This document shows, in pieces, positions 40,508-55,909 of a stretch of 64,000 nucleotides of DNA. Positions within the stretch are counted from its first letter, which is position 1; the number at the start of each line of letters is the position of its first letter. Source of the DNA: Candidatus Latescibacterota bacterium (lineage in GTDB: Bacteria; Latescibacterota; UBA2968; UBA8231); assembly GCA_964291625.2 (NCBI GenBank), contig OZ220089.1, positions 2,560,001 to 2,624,000 of the forward strand. Direction: 5' to 3'. The notes below the pieces were generated by a model. That model made no database searches. It was not told the origin of the DNA and saw nothing but the letters and a program-made list of their open reading frames with translations. The position numbers and the translations under genes are program-made.

Positions 40508-41543
40508 GGGCGGCGCCCCCGGGGGCGCCAGCTGGCCCCAGAGGCCGGGCACCGCCTCCCGCCCCCCACAACTCCGGAGGGGGTGGCTCGACCGTGCTGC
40601 CCTCGTAACGCAGGCCCGGTTCGCGGTCCCTCGCCAGCAGCAGCGGTCCGTCGAGATCGACCCAATCGGCGCCCTGGGCGGCGAGCACCGCCGGCGCCAT
40701 GGCCAGAGAGGTGCCAACCATGCACCCGACCATGACCCGCAGGCCCGCCTCCCGGGCGCGGCCCTCCAGCTCGAGAGCGGCTGTCAGTCCCCCGGTCTTG
40801 TCGAGCTTGATGTTGACCGCCTCGTAGCGGTCTCCCAGGCGGCGGAGGTCGTCGGCTGTGTGGCAGGACTCGTCGGCGCACAGCGGCACCGGGTGCTCCA
40901 GGTCGGCCAGGGCCGCGTCCTCGGCTGCGGGCAGGGGCTGCTCGATCAGGTCGACGCCGAGTTCGGCCAGGGCGCCCATCAGGGATGCCAGCCCATCGGC
41001 GGAGCATCCCTCGTTGGCGTCGACGATGAGCCGGGAGTCCGGCGCTCCTTCGCGAACCGCCCGGACGCGGTCGATGTCGCCCCCGTCTCCGGCCAGCTTG
41101 AGCTTGAGCAGCGGCCGCCGGGACTCGGCCCCGGCGGCGGCGCCCATCGCCTCCGGCGCTCCGAGGCTGAGGGTGTAGGCGGTGGTGAGGGGCACCGGCG
41201 CCGGGAGGCCGGCCAGCTCGTGAACGGTCGTCCCCCGCCGGCCCGCCTCCAGATCCCACAGGGCGCAGTCGAGGGCGTTGCGCGCGGCCCCCGGCGGCAT
41301 CTCGCGCTCCAGGTCCGAGCGCGTCCAGCCGCCCTCGATCCGGGCGGCGGCCCCGCGCACCTGCTCCATCACGCCATCGACGGATTCCCCGTAGCGAGGG
41401 TAGGGCACGCACTCCCCGCGCCCCACCGAGCGGCCGTCCCGAAGCTCGACGAGCACGACCTCGACATGGGTCCGGGAGCCGCGGGAAATGGTGAAGGTCC
41501 CGGCCATGGGCCAGGTCTCGGAGACAACTGTCAACTCGGGCAC
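40485..41543 (-). CDS. dgcA: N-acetyl-D-glutamate racemase / dipeptide epimerase (enolase superfamily)
   Basis: FTISRG, GECVPYPRYGE, KLKL, DANE, EQP, ADES, IKLDKTGG, DLDG; adjacent to dgcN. Confidence 0.9.
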   Translation of the reverse strand: MPELTVVSETWPMAGTFTISRGSRTHVEVVLVELRDGRSVGRGECVPYPRYGESVDGVMEQVRGAAARIEGGWTRSDLEREMPPGAARNALDCALWDLEAGRRGTTVHELAGLPAPVPLTTAYTLSLGAPEAMGAAAGAESRRPLLKLKLAGDGGDIDRVRAVREGAPDSRLIVDANEGCSADGLASLMGALAELGVDLIEQPLPAAEDAALADLEHPVPLCADESCHTADDLRRLGDRYEAVNIKLDKTGGLTAALELEGRAREAGLRVMVGCMVGTSLAMAPAVLAAQGADWVDLDGPLLLARDREPGLRYEGSTVEPPPPELWGAGGGARPLGPAGAPGGAALKPPTKR

Positions 41544-41552
41544 GGCCTGCCT

Positions 41553-42578
41553 CTATTGCGGAGGGGCGCGCTCCACCGCGTCCACGGCGTCGGTGAGCAA
41601 TTCGGCGCCGCCCGGGCTGCAGGGGTCGGCGGTGGGCAGGCCGGTCTCGTCCTCGGCGGCGCGCAGGGCGCGCTCGGCGGCCGCACCGTCGAGGGAGGAT
41701 GTGTTCAGCGACAGGCCGATGACCCGGCAGGCGGGGTTGGTGAGCCGGCCGCAGCTCTCGTTGAGGGCGATGCACTCCCGCAGTGTCGGCAGGGGTGCGT
41801 GGGGCAGGCCGCGCATGTGCCGGCGCGTGGGCTCGTGACAGAGGACGAGGGCGTCCGCCATCGAGCCGTGCAGCAGGCCGAGAGAGACGCCGGCGTACGA
41901 GGGGTGGAAGAGCGACCCCTGGCCCTCCACCAGGTCCCAGTGGTCGTCGTCGTTGGCCGGGGTCAGGGACTCGGTGGCGCCGGCGATGAAGTCGGAGATG
42001 ACGGCATCCACGGCGATGCCGCCGCCGGCGATGAGGATCCCCGTCTGACCGGTGGCCCGGAAGGTCGCCTTGCGCCCCCGCGCCGAAAGCTCCCGCTCGA
42101 TGGCCAGGGCCGTGAACATCTTGCCGCAGGAGCAGTCGGTGCCCACAGTGAGCAGGCGGCGCCCGCTGCGCGGCTTCCCGTGGCCGACCTCCAGCTCCAC
42201 CTCGGGATAGCGGACGTCGAAGAGGCCGCGCCCGAGGGCGTCGGCCCGTTCGGCCAGCCGGGGGATCCGGCGCAGGCGGTCGTGCAGGCCGCTGGCGATG
42301 TCGTAGCCCAGGTCGAGGGCGGCGAGCAGCGTCTCCATCCACAGGTCGGAGATCTCGCCACCCCGGTTGGCGACGCCCACGATGAGGGTGCGGGCGCCGG
42401 CGCGGCGCCCCTGCTCGAGGGTCAGGTCGGGCTGGCCGACGTCGGCGTGGCACCCCGGCAGGCGCAGCTGGCCAACGCACCGGTCCGGGCGCCAGCGCGC
42501 CACGCCGTCGGCGGTCTTGGCGGCCAGTTGGTCGGCAGCGTCGCCGAGGAAGAGCAGATAAGGGGGTTCGATCCGCAT
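41553..42578 (-). CDS. dgcN: D-glutamate N-acetyltransferase (DUF1611 family)
   Basis: PYLLFLGD, AKTA.G, GTDCSCGKMFT, ATGQTGI, EGQGSLFHP. Confidence 0.92.
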   Translation of the reverse strand: MRIEPPYLLFLGDAADQLAAKTADGVARWRPDRCVGQLRLPGCHADVGQPDLTLEQGRRAGARTLIVGVANRGGEISDLWMETLLAALDLGYDIASGLHDRLRRIPRLAERADALGRGLFDVRYPEVELEVGHGKPRSGRRLLTVGTDCSCGKMFTALAIERELSARGRKATFRATGQTGILIAGGGIAVDAVISDFIAGATESLTPANDDDHWDLVEGQGSLFHPSYAGVSLGLLHGSMADALVLCHEPTRRHMRGLPHAPLPTLRECIALNESCGRLTNPACRVIGLSLNTSSLDGAAAERALRAAEDETGLPTADPCSPGGAELLTDAVDAVERAPPQ

Positions 42579-42587
42579 GGCGGGCGC

Positions 42588-42617
42588 AACCTAACCGGCG
42601 ATCTCGCCGCCGGTCAA
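42588..42617 (-). promoter_or_regulatory. Possible sigma70 promoter for dgcN (near-leaderless)
   Basis: Minus strand TTGACC-N18-TAGGTT, ending 9 nt before the ATG. Confidence 0.35.
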
Positions 42618-42655
42618 GGCGCTCTATATTCCTGCAAGGAAAGGGAGAACCGCCA

Positions 42656-43093
42656 ATGGCCGAGATCAAGGTAACCTGCCCGGAGTGCGGCAAGCAGGTC
42701 TCGCTGCGTGGCCTCAACGGGCACTTGCGCTTCGAGCACGAGTACCCCCTCGAGAAGGCCCGGAGCGTGGCCGCCGGTATCCACGTCGACGGCATGCTGA
42801 ACAACCTGGAGCAGGAGGTCATGGATCTCGTACGGCGGCTGTACGAGCTGAAGCAGGACGCGGAGAAACTCAGGCAGGCCCGCGCCGAGGGGCTGATCGG
42901 CGAGCAGCTCTACGAGCGCCTGGTGAGCCAGAAGGGGCAGGAGATGACCGCCGTCGGCCGCTACCTGCAACGCCTCGAGCAGAGCTGGGCCGAACGCGTC
43001 GAGCGGGTCACCGGCATCCGGCCGCCGATCGACCTGAAGGACGAAGTGACCATCGCCGACCTGCTGGCCAAAGGGGAGAGGAACCCGGGATGA
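42656..43093 (+). CDS. Hypothetical protein with N-terminal C2H2-type zinc finger and coiled coil
   Basis: CPECGKQVSLRGLNGHLRFEH (C-x2-C-x11-H-x4-H); purine-rich SD upstream. Confidence 0.75.
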   Translation: MAEIKVTCPECGKQVSLRGLNGHLRFEHEYPLEKARSVAAGIHVDGMLNNLEQEVMDLVRRLYELKQDAEKLRQARAEGLIGEQLYERLVSQKGQEMTAVGRYLQRLEQSWAERVERVTGIRPPIDLKDEVTIADLLAKGERNPG

Positions 43094-44475
43094 AAATCTG
43101 GATGGACGTGATGCGGGACCTGGAGCACCTGATCGAGGCTCCGGAGCCGATCCTCGACGCCTGGAAGGCGGGGGGCGTCGACGGGCTCGTCATCGGCCCC
43201 CTGGTGTTCCACGCGGGCAAGCTGGCCATCGGCCACGACCGGGGACGTTCGATCGAGCCGGCCCCGGGCACTCCGCCCCCCACTCTGACCTACGATCCCG
43301 ACCCGGCGGTGTACGAGCGCTTCGGCGTGCCGGCGCCGGGCGCCCCCGAGGACATGCCCGAGGCGCGCGCCCGCCTGGCCCACACCTTCCGCGCCGCCAA
43401 GGAGCGCGGCCTCTCGGTCTGGATCTTCCAGGCCCAGACCGGCGCCGGGGGCGGGGGCGGGGGACACCACCTTCACGACGAGACCGGCATGGCCGCCACC
43501 TGCGCCCGCATCGTCGACACCCTGGAGCACTATCCGGAGGCCGACGGCGCCATCATGGACGGCCCCGAGTGGGGCTACGAGATCGCCCCCCACCACATGG
43601 GCGGGCGCTCGTCGATCTTCACCGATCTGGCCGCGGGCGCCGAGCCCATGTGCACGGATCTGGGGTACGACTACGGGGCCCTGTGCGCCGCGCGGGACCG
43701 GCTGTCCGAGCGTCTGCACAACCTCGACCCTCGCCAGGTGGCCCTCCACGGGCCGGGGGGTTTCCTCGGCGGCTACCACCTGCTCGGCGCCGATCCCGAC
43801 CTGGCCGCCTGGATGAGCTTCCGCAGCGAGTCCCTCACCCGCTACTTCCGGCGCATCGCCGACGGCGTCCGCCAGGGGGCATCCCGCCCCGTGAAGTTCG
43901 GCGTCGGACCGAGATCGGCGGCCTTCGCGCCCCTGTGCGGGTACGACTTCGCCGCCCTCGCCGGCGTCCTCGACCTGCTCCTGCCCAAGCACTACTTCTG
44001 GCACCGCGGCTTCGACGGGCTCGTGGGCACGGTGGCGCGCTGGGTGGAGACCTTGTGCCTATGGAACCCGGGCCTGAGCGAGGGCGACGGGCTGACCGTC
44101 GTGGAGGCCCTCTTCGGACTCGTGCTCCCCGGCGTCGAGCGGCTGGGGGACATGGAGAGCGCCCTCACCCCCGACTTCTACGACCTCGTGGTCACGCAGG
44201 AGACCGAGCGCGCCCTGGCGGCTCTCGGAGGAGAGGGGCAGCGGCTGTGCCCGTGGGTGGACTCCGGCCGCGCCCCCCACGACGGCGATCCCATGTCGGC
44301 CGCCGATCTGCGGCGCCTGCTGGAGGCCGCGGGCGCTGCCGGGCTCGAGCGCTTCCTCTACCACCACCACGGGACCCTGACCTCGGGCGAATGGCGGGTG
44401 ATGAGCGAGATCTGCGGCGAGCCGTGGGACCCCCTGCGCAGCGACTACCTGCCCCCCGACGAGACCGTGCTCTGA
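43090..44475 (+). CDS. Conserved hypothetical protein, putative TIM-barrel (glycoside-hydrolase-like) enzyme
   Basis: ATGA overlap with the upstream gene; DGAIMDGPEWGYE, W..FR, PKHYFW motifs. Confidence 0.72.
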   Translation: MKIWMDVMRDLEHLIEAPEPILDAWKAGGVDGLVIGPLVFHAGKLAIGHDRGRSIEPAPGTPPPTLTYDPDPAVYERFGVPAPGAPEDMPEARARLAHTFRAAKERGLSVWIFQAQTGAGGGGGGHHLHDETGMAATCARIVDTLEHYPEADGAIMDGPEWGYEIAPHHMGGRSSIFTDLAAGAEPMCTDLGYDYGALCAARDRLSERLHNLDPRQVALHGPGGFLGGYHLLGADPDLAAWMSFRSESLTRYFRRIADGVRQGASRPVKFGVGPRSAAFAPLCGYDFAALAGVLDLLLPKHYFWHRGFDGLVGTVARWVETLCLWNPGLSEGDGLTVVEALFGLVLPGVERLGDMESALTPDFYDLVVTQETERALAALGGEGQRLCPWVDSGRAPHDGDPMSAADLRRLLEAAGAAGLERFLYHHHGTLTSGEWRVMSEICGEPWDPLRSDYLPPDETVL

Positions 44476-44482
44476 GGGTGAG

Positions 44483-45070
44483 CTACTGGCGCCGCGCCGC
44501 GGCGACCACGTGCGAGCGGCCCTGGGCGACCTTGCGGTAGTTGCCGAAGCGCTCGCCGAAGAGGCGCTTCACGTAGGCCCTCAGTCCCGCCACCGTCACC
44601 ACCCAGAGGGTCCCGCCCGGCCGCAGCCGGCGGGAGGCCTCGGCCATCCAGTGGCCGAGCAACTCGGAGCCGGCCTTGGCCGGCAGGTTGGAGGCGATCA
44701 GGTCGAAGCGCGCGTCTTCCTCGACGTGGTGAAAGCCGTTGGACAGATAGACGCGGGCGTTGCCGCAGCCGTTCGCCTCGGTGTTGCGGCGGGCGTAGCC
44801 AACGGCGACGAAGTCCTTGTCCACGAGGTCGACCCGGCCCTCGGGGGCCAGCTTCGACAGAGCGCAGCCGACGGCGCCCCAGCCGCACCCGAGATCCAGG
44901 CAGACCGCGTCGGCGGCGACCTCGATCCGGTCGAGTAGGAGGGCCGTGCCGGCGTCGATGCCGCGAGGGTGGAAGAGCCCCCAGGTGCTGACGAAACGGA
45001 AACGGTGACCGCGCAACTCGGCCTCGAAGCGGAGCTCGTGGTCTTCAGGGGCAAGGCTTGTGGCGGCCAT
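44483..45070 (-). CDS. Class I SAM methyltransferase, RsmC/MTS-like
   Basis: GLF....D.GT.LLL, DLGCGWG, FDLIASNLP. Confidence 0.9.
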   Translation of the reverse strand: MAATSLAPEDHELRFEAELRGHRFRFVSTWGLFHPRGIDAGTALLLDRIEVAADAVCLDLGCGWGAVGCALSKLAPEGRVDLVDKDFVAVGYARRNTEANGCGNARVYLSNGFHHVEEDARFDLIASNLPAKAGSELLGHWMAEASRRLRPGGTLWVVTVAGLRAYVKRLFGERFGNYRKVAQGRSHVVAAARRQ

Positions 45071-45083
45071 GGGGCTCCGTAAT

Positions 45084-45731
45084 ATGAGCCGCGGAATGCA
45101 AATCGAGAACCACCGTCTCGTGGGCGCGCATCAGGTGCCGTCGCCGAACCACGGGGGGCCCTTCGGACCCGGCGCGCCCGACACCCTGATCCTCCACTTC
45201 ACGGCCTGCGACGACGCCGATCTCGCCGTTCGCGTCCTCACCGACCCCACCTCCGGCCGCCGCGTCTCCGCCCACCTGGTGGTGGGCCGCGACGGCGAGG
45301 TGACCCAGCTCCTTCCCTTCGACACCATCGGCTGGCACGCCGGCCGGTCGGCCTGGGGAGGTCGCGAGGCGTTCAACCACATGAGCCTCGGCGTCGAGAT
45401 CGACAACTCCGGCCGGCTGGAAGAGCGCGGCGAAGGGATCCTGGTCAGCCGCCTCGGCCGCGTCTTCGCTCCCGAGGACGCCGTGCGCGCCGTGCACCGC
45501 AACGAGTCGGAGCCGGCCTGGTGGCTCCGCTACCCCCGCGAGCAACTGAATGTGGTGGAGACCCTGAGCGCCCTGCTCGTGGCCGAGTATCGGCTGCGCT
45601 GGATCCTCGGCCACGAGGAGATCGCCCCGGACCGCAAGGACGACCCCGGGCCGGCCTTCCCTCTCGACGAGCTGCGGTCGCGGATCCTGGGCGCGCCTTC
45701 GTCCGGAAGGGTCAGGCCCAGGCCCCCATAG
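45084..45731 (+). CDS. N-acetylmuramoyl-L-alanine amidase (Amidase_2, AmpD-like)
   Basis: ILHFTA, SAHLVV, WHAG.S, GVEIDN, GHEEIAP.RK.DPG. Confidence 0.92.
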   Translation: MSRGMQIENHRLVGAHQVPSPNHGGPFGPGAPDTLILHFTACDDADLAVRVLTDPTSGRRVSAHLVVGRDGEVTQLLPFDTIGWHAGRSAWGGREAFNHMSLGVEIDNSGRLEERGEGILVSRLGRVFAPEDAVRAVHRNESEPAWWLRYPREQLNVVETLSALLVAEYRLRWILGHEEIAPDRKDDPGPAFPLDELRSRILGAPSSGRVRPRPP

Positions 45732-46500
45732 CCATCAGGCCGCCGTCGACGCAGACGCTCTCGCCGGTCATGAAGGAGGCCCGGTCGCTGGCCAGGAAGA
45801 GGACCGCCTCGGCGATCTCCTCCGGGCGTCCGATGCGGCCCAGGGGGTGAGCGGCGGCCATGTCGGCGCGCATGGCCGCATCGTCGCCGCCGGCCGCGGC
45901 CACGGCCTCGTCGACGAGGGGCGTGTCGATGGTGCCCGGGTTGACGGCGAGGACGCGGATGTTGTGCTCCGCGTAGTCCAGCGCCAGCTGGCGGGTGAGG
46001 GAGAGGATGCCCCCCTTGCTGGCGGCGTAGGCGGAGACTCCCCTGGCCGACTGCAGCCCCTGCACGCTCGCCGTGTTGATGATGACGCCGCCGCCGCCGG
46101 CGATCATGGGCGGCACGCAGACCCGCGTCATCAGGAAGCAGGACTTGAGATTCACGTCGAGGATGCGGTCCCACTGCTCTTCGCTCAGCTCGTGGGCGGG
46201 GCGGTAGCTGGCGATGGGCTGGATGCCGACGTTGTTGCACACCACGTCGATGCCCCCCCACTCCTCGACGGCGAAGCGGGCCAGGCCTTCGCAGTCATCG
46301 GCCAGGGCCACGTCGGCTTCCCGAAAGCGGAGCTGACCGGCGCTCCCGGCGGCGGCCGCTTCCAGCGTCTGCCCGGCGTCGGCGTCCACGTCGGCGCACA
46401 GGACCCGGGCCCCTTCGCGCGCAAAGGCGGCGCAGATGGCGCGCCCGATCCCCTTGGCCCCCCCGGTGACGATCACGTTGCGGCCATCGAAAGCTGCCAT
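45712..46500 (-). CDS. SDR family NAD(P)-dependent oxidoreductase
   Basis: TGGAKGIG, NNVG, YAASKG, PGTIDT, VDGG. Confidence 0.94.
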   Translation of the reverse strand: MAAFDGRNVIVTGGAKGIGRAICAAFAREGARVLCADVDADAGQTLEAAAAGSAGQLRFREADVALADDCEGLARFAVEEWGGIDVVCNNVGIQPIASYRPAHELSEEQWDRILDVNLKSCFLMTRVCVPPMIAGGGGVIINTASVQGLQSARGVSAYAASKGGILSLTRQLALDYAEHNIRVLAVNPGTIDTPLVDEAVAAAGGDDAAMRADMAAAHPLGRIGRPEEIAEAVLFLASDRASFMTGESVCVDGGLMAMGAWA

Positions 46501-46502
46501 TC

Positions 46503-47288
46503 TCAGTCCTCCCTGGTCTGGTCCCGCGGAAGGTAGAGGTCGGCCGGGTCCGCGGCGGCCAGCTCCACGAGGAAGTCGGCGATCCTCCGTGTCACCCCCT
46601 CGAAGCAGCGCCGCCCCTTCTCCGGCGTCGCCGGGGCGGGATCCCCCACCCCGGTGTCGACGGTGGCCTCGATCCAGTCGCGCTGGGTCCAGGCCAGGCC
46701 GCGGCGCAGGGCCTCGACCTTGAAGACCCGCTCGTGCCCGTCTCCGGCCTCGGACAGGGGCCGCATCAGGCCGGGAGCCAGGTGCTGGATCAGGCTCGTC
46801 TCCATCTCGCCGCCGTGGTCCCCGGGCTCCTCGAACAGATCGGCGTCGATCCACCGGTACCAGTCGAGGGTGCACAGGAACATCTCGTAGCGCGGCCACA
46901 GCTCCCGGACCATCTGCCGGAAGTCGTTGGCCCCGTGCCCGTTGAGGATCACCAGCTTGGGGATGCCCTGGTGCTCGAGGACGTCGCAGACATCGGTGAG
47001 CACCGCCAGCTGGGTGGAGGGGTTCATGTTGATATCGAGCTTGACGTCGATCTGTCCGGTGTTGACGCCGAAGGGCACCGTGGGCAGGACCACGACCTTC
47101 GCGTCCCTCTCCCACGCCAGACGCGCCGCCTCGGCGGCGATGTGGTCGCACTCGATCACGTCGGTGGCGTAGGGCAGGTGGAAGTTGTGGGCCTCGGTGG
47201 CCCCCCAGGGCAGGACGACGACCTCGTAGTCGGTCGTCTCCACCTCCTTCCAGTTCGTCTCCGCCAGCACGTACGGTCGGCCGGCCAT
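46503..47288 (-). CDS. Creatininase family amidohydrolase
   Basis: GATEAH..HLP..TD, NGHGAN, HGGEMETS. Confidence 0.92.
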   Translation of the reverse strand: MAGRPYVLAETNWKEVETTDYEVVVLPWGATEAHNFHLPYATDVIECDHIAAEAARLAWERDAKVVVLPTVPFGVNTGQIDVKLDINMNPSTQLAVLTDVCDVLEHQGIPKLVILNGHGANDFRQMVRELWPRYEMFLCTLDWYRWIDADLFEEPGDHGGEMETSLIQHLAPGLMRPLSEAGDGHERVFKVEALRRGLAWTQRDWIEATVDTGVGDPAPATPEKGRRCFEGVTRRIADFLVELAAADPADLYLPRDQTRED

Positions 47289-47338
47289 GGTCACCTCCTT
47301 TCTTGTGCCCCGCCGGGGCGATGTCGAGCTTGTGGCTC

Positions 47339-48517
47339 ATGAAGTGGGCAACGAGCGCCTCCTTCGAGGCGGACCTCGCCGGGGCCTTCGCCCAGGTCCG
47401 GGGCGACCTCGCCTCCGGCCTCGGATGGCCCCCGGACCTGCTGCTGCTTTTCCTCACCCCCCACTACCAGGACCAGATCGCGGATCTCCCGGGCCTGGTG
47501 CAGGACCCGGGGCCGGCGAGGATGCTCGGCTGCACGGCCACGGGGGTGATCGGCGGCGGGCGGGAGGTCGAGGACCGTGCCTGCCTGGCGGCCACCGCCG
47601 CCGTCCTGCCCGGAACCGCGATGACCCCCTTCCAGCTGCAGGCCGGCGATCTCCCCGATCTGGATGCCGCTCCGGAGCGCTGGCACGAGGCCCTCGGCGT
47701 CGATCCCGATCCCCCGCCCCACTTCGTGCTTCTCGCCGATCCCACGGGCCCCTCGCCCCTCGACCCGAGGCCGCTGCTGATGGGCCTCGACTTCGCCTAT
47801 CCCGGGGCGGCGAAGATCGGCGGTCTCGCCTCCGTCCTCCAGGAGAACCGGCTGATCCTCGACGGCCAGATCGTCACCGGGGGTTGTGTCGGCGTCGCTC
47901 TCCAGGGCGGGGTCGAGGTGGACACCATCGTCGCCCAGGGGTGCCGCGCCATCGGTCCGCCGATGACGGTGACCGGCTGCAGCGGCTATTTCCTGGAGGG
48001 TCTGGACGGCCGGCCGGCGGTGGAACGGCTGGTCGAGATCTACCACGAGGCGGGCGCCGAGGATCAGGAGAGGATGCAGACCTCCCTGCACATCGGCGTG
48101 GCCGCCACCGGCCTGAAGCTGGAGCTGGGGGCCGGTGACTTCCTGATCCGCAACGTCCTCCAGCTCGACCACGAGAAGGGGGTGATCGCCGTCGGCGACC
48201 GGCTCAGCAAGGGGCAGACCGTCCAGTTCCACGTGCGCGACGCGGCGGCGGCCACCCAGGACCTGGACCAGCTCCTGGCGCGCTACCGCAGCCGGCAGCC
48301 GGAGGCCGCCCCCGCCGGGGGCCTGCTGTTCACCTGCACGGGCCGCGGCCACCGCTTCTTCGGGCGGGCCGGCCACGACAGCGGCCGTCTCGAGGAGTCC
48401 CTCGGGCAGATCCCCCTGGGCGGGTTCTTCTGCGGCGGCGAGATCGGCCCGGTCGGCGATACGACCTACCTCCACGGTTACACCAGCTCCTTCGCTCTGT
48501 TCCGGCCGGCGTCCTAG
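47339..48517 (+). CDS. FIST domain signal-transduction protein
   Basis: GCTA.GVIG, GGLAS, AQGCR.IG, FTC.GRG, GFFCGGEIGP...LHGYT. Confidence 0.92.
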   Translation: MKWATSASFEADLAGAFAQVRGDLASGLGWPPDLLLLFLTPHYQDQIADLPGLVQDPGPARMLGCTATGVIGGGREVEDRACLAATAAVLPGTAMTPFQLQAGDLPDLDAAPERWHEALGVDPDPPPHFVLLADPTGPSPLDPRPLLMGLDFAYPGAAKIGGLASVLQENRLILDGQIVTGGCVGVALQGGVEVDTIVAQGCRAIGPPMTVTGCSGYFLEGLDGRPAVERLVEIYHEAGAEDQERMQTSLHIGVAATGLKLELGAGDFLIRNVLQLDHEKGVIAVGDRLSKGQTVQFHVRDAAAATQDLDQLLARYRSRQPEAAPAGGLLFTCTGRGHRFFGRAGHDSGRLEESLGQIPLGGFFCGGEIGPVGDTTYLHGYTSSFALFRPAS

Positions 48518-49155
48518 GCGGGACCGCCGGCCCCGGTCCTAGGCGGGATCGCCGGCCCGGCGCCGCCGTGAGACTCCGCGCGCCCGGAATCCCCTCCCAG
48601 CGGCGACCGGTGGAGCACCGAGTAGCGCGCCCCGTCGGGCCCCAGATCGCTGCGCATCAGCACCACCTCGTCGACCCGGAAGGCGAGTTCCGGTACGGCG
48701 GCTCGGGTCCAGCCAGCGCCAGGAGAGACCGACCTTCCGGGGCGGACCCGGCCGAGGGTGAGGTGGGGGCTGAAGGGCCGGCCCTCGCGCTCCCAGCCGA
48801 GCCCGGTCACGCGCTCCTCGATCCGCCTCTGCAGGGAGCGCAGGGCCGCCGTATCCGCCCCTTTGAGGCCGAGCCAGAGCACCCTCGGGCGGCGGGCGTC
48901 CGGGAAGGCGCCGAGGGGGCCCAGGGTGAGCCGGCAGGGCGGCGTGCCGGCGGTCACAACGTCCAGGGCCGCGGTCAGGGGCGCCATCCCGGTCTCCTCG
49001 GTCTCCCCCAGAAAGCGGAGGGTGAGATGCAGGCTCTCCGGCGGCACCCAGCGTACCTCCGAGCCGCGCCAGCCCCGCTTGAGGCGGTCCGTCAGCCCGG
49101 CGGCCGCGGCACGGACCTCCGGGGATGTCTCGACGGCGATGAAGGTGCGGATCAC
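48514..49155 (-). CDS. thpR: RNA 2',3'-cyclic phosphodiesterase (2H phosphoesterase)
   Basis: RTFIAV, LHLTLRFLG, FSPHLTLGR (two HxT motifs); GTG start inferred. Confidence 0.92.
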   Translation of the reverse strand: MIRTFIAVETSPEVRAAAAGLTDRLKRGWRGSEVRWVPPESLHLTLRFLGETEETGMAPLTAALDVVTAGTPPCRLTLGPLGAFPDARRPRVLWLGLKGADTAALRSLQRRIEERVTGLGWEREGRPFSPHLTLGRVRPGRSVSPGAGWTRAAVPELAFRVDEVVLMRSDLGPDGARYSVLHRSPLGGDSGRAESHGGAGPAIPPRTGAGGPA

Positions 49156-49172
49156 GCCGGTCCCGGGTCCGG

Positions 49173-49994
49173 TTACTCCGCGCCTTCGGCTGCCCGCCTG
49201 CAGGCGTTGAGGTAGCCGCGGCTCTCGGCGGCGATCGTGACCACCCGGGAGAGCTCGTACTCCTTTGCGCCGATGACCTCCAGGTTGACGGCGGCGTCCA
49301 GGCCGGCCTGGTGCAGGACGCGCAGGAGACCCGCCAGGTCGATGGCGCCGCGGCCGCAGGTCTGCTCCTCGGGGGGGCCTGGCGGCCCTTCGGTGGCCCT
49401 GGCGTCGGCGGGGCAGTCGCGGATGTGGACGTGGCGCACCCGGGGGATCACCGCTTCCAGGGCCTCGACCACGTCCTCGCCGCCGCCGGCGCGGTAGATG
49501 TGGCTGGGGTCGACGTCGATCCCGAAGCCGGGGGAGTCGATGGCGGCCATGGCCCTCAGGGTCGTCGGCGTGTCGTGGATCGACTGGCCCACGTGAGCCT
49601 TCACGCACAGCGCGACGCCGTGGTCGTGGGCCTTGGCGGCCAGGTCGGCGAGCAGGTCGATCTGCCGCGCCAGGTCCTCCTCGGAGCCGGCCTTGCCGCC
49701 CGGGCCGACGTTGATCACCCCGATTCCGAGATGGGCCGCTGCTTCAAAGGCGTTCAGCAGCCTGGCCTCGTCGAGGCTCGCCACCTCCATGGCTGTCAGC
49801 TCGAGGCCGTGATCCCCGGCCAGATTGCGGATGCTGTCGGCCCGGGACCGCCAGTCGTCGAGGACGAGGTGCTCGCACATGCCCCGGATGGCGGACAACT
49901 CGGCGGATTCGTACCCGGCCAGGGCGATGTGCCGCAAGGCGGTCTCGAGGTCGTATCCGGCGAAGAGAACTGTGTTGACGCCCAGCTTGATCAT
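49173..49994 (-). CDS. Sugar phosphate isomerase/epimerase (AP endonuclease 2 TIM barrel)
   Basis: AGY...EL, DPSH, HVHIRD, G.G.IDL, LEVIG. Confidence 0.85.
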   Translation of the reverse strand: MIKLGVNTVLFAGYDLETALRHIALAGYESAELSAIRGMCEHLVLDDWRSRADSIRNLAGDHGLELTAMEVASLDEARLLNAFEAAAHLGIGVINVGPGGKAGSEEDLARQIDLLADLAAKAHDHGVALCVKAHVGQSIHDTPTTLRAMAAIDSPGFGIDVDPSHIYRAGGGEDVVEALEAVIPRVRHVHIRDCPADARATEGPPGPPEEQTCGRGAIDLAGLLRVLHQAGLDAAVNLEVIGAKEYELSRVVTIAAESRGYLNACRRAAEGAE

Positions 49995-50163
49995 CGGTCC
50001 CGGTTCGTTGGAGGTGGAGGGTGGCGGCCTGCTACGGTAAGGCCTCCACCCGGGACCGGCCACCCTCGCCGGGAAGGAATGGCCGGATGGTTGCGGGCTC
50101 GTCCCCCTCCCGTAAATTGTCACGTTTGCCCTTTTCCTCCCTTGCAGCTCCACCCGGAGGTCC

Positions 50164-55881
<5,718 letters not shown>

Positions 55882-55909
55882 CCGTGAACGGATCGCGCGG
55901 GCTCTACCC

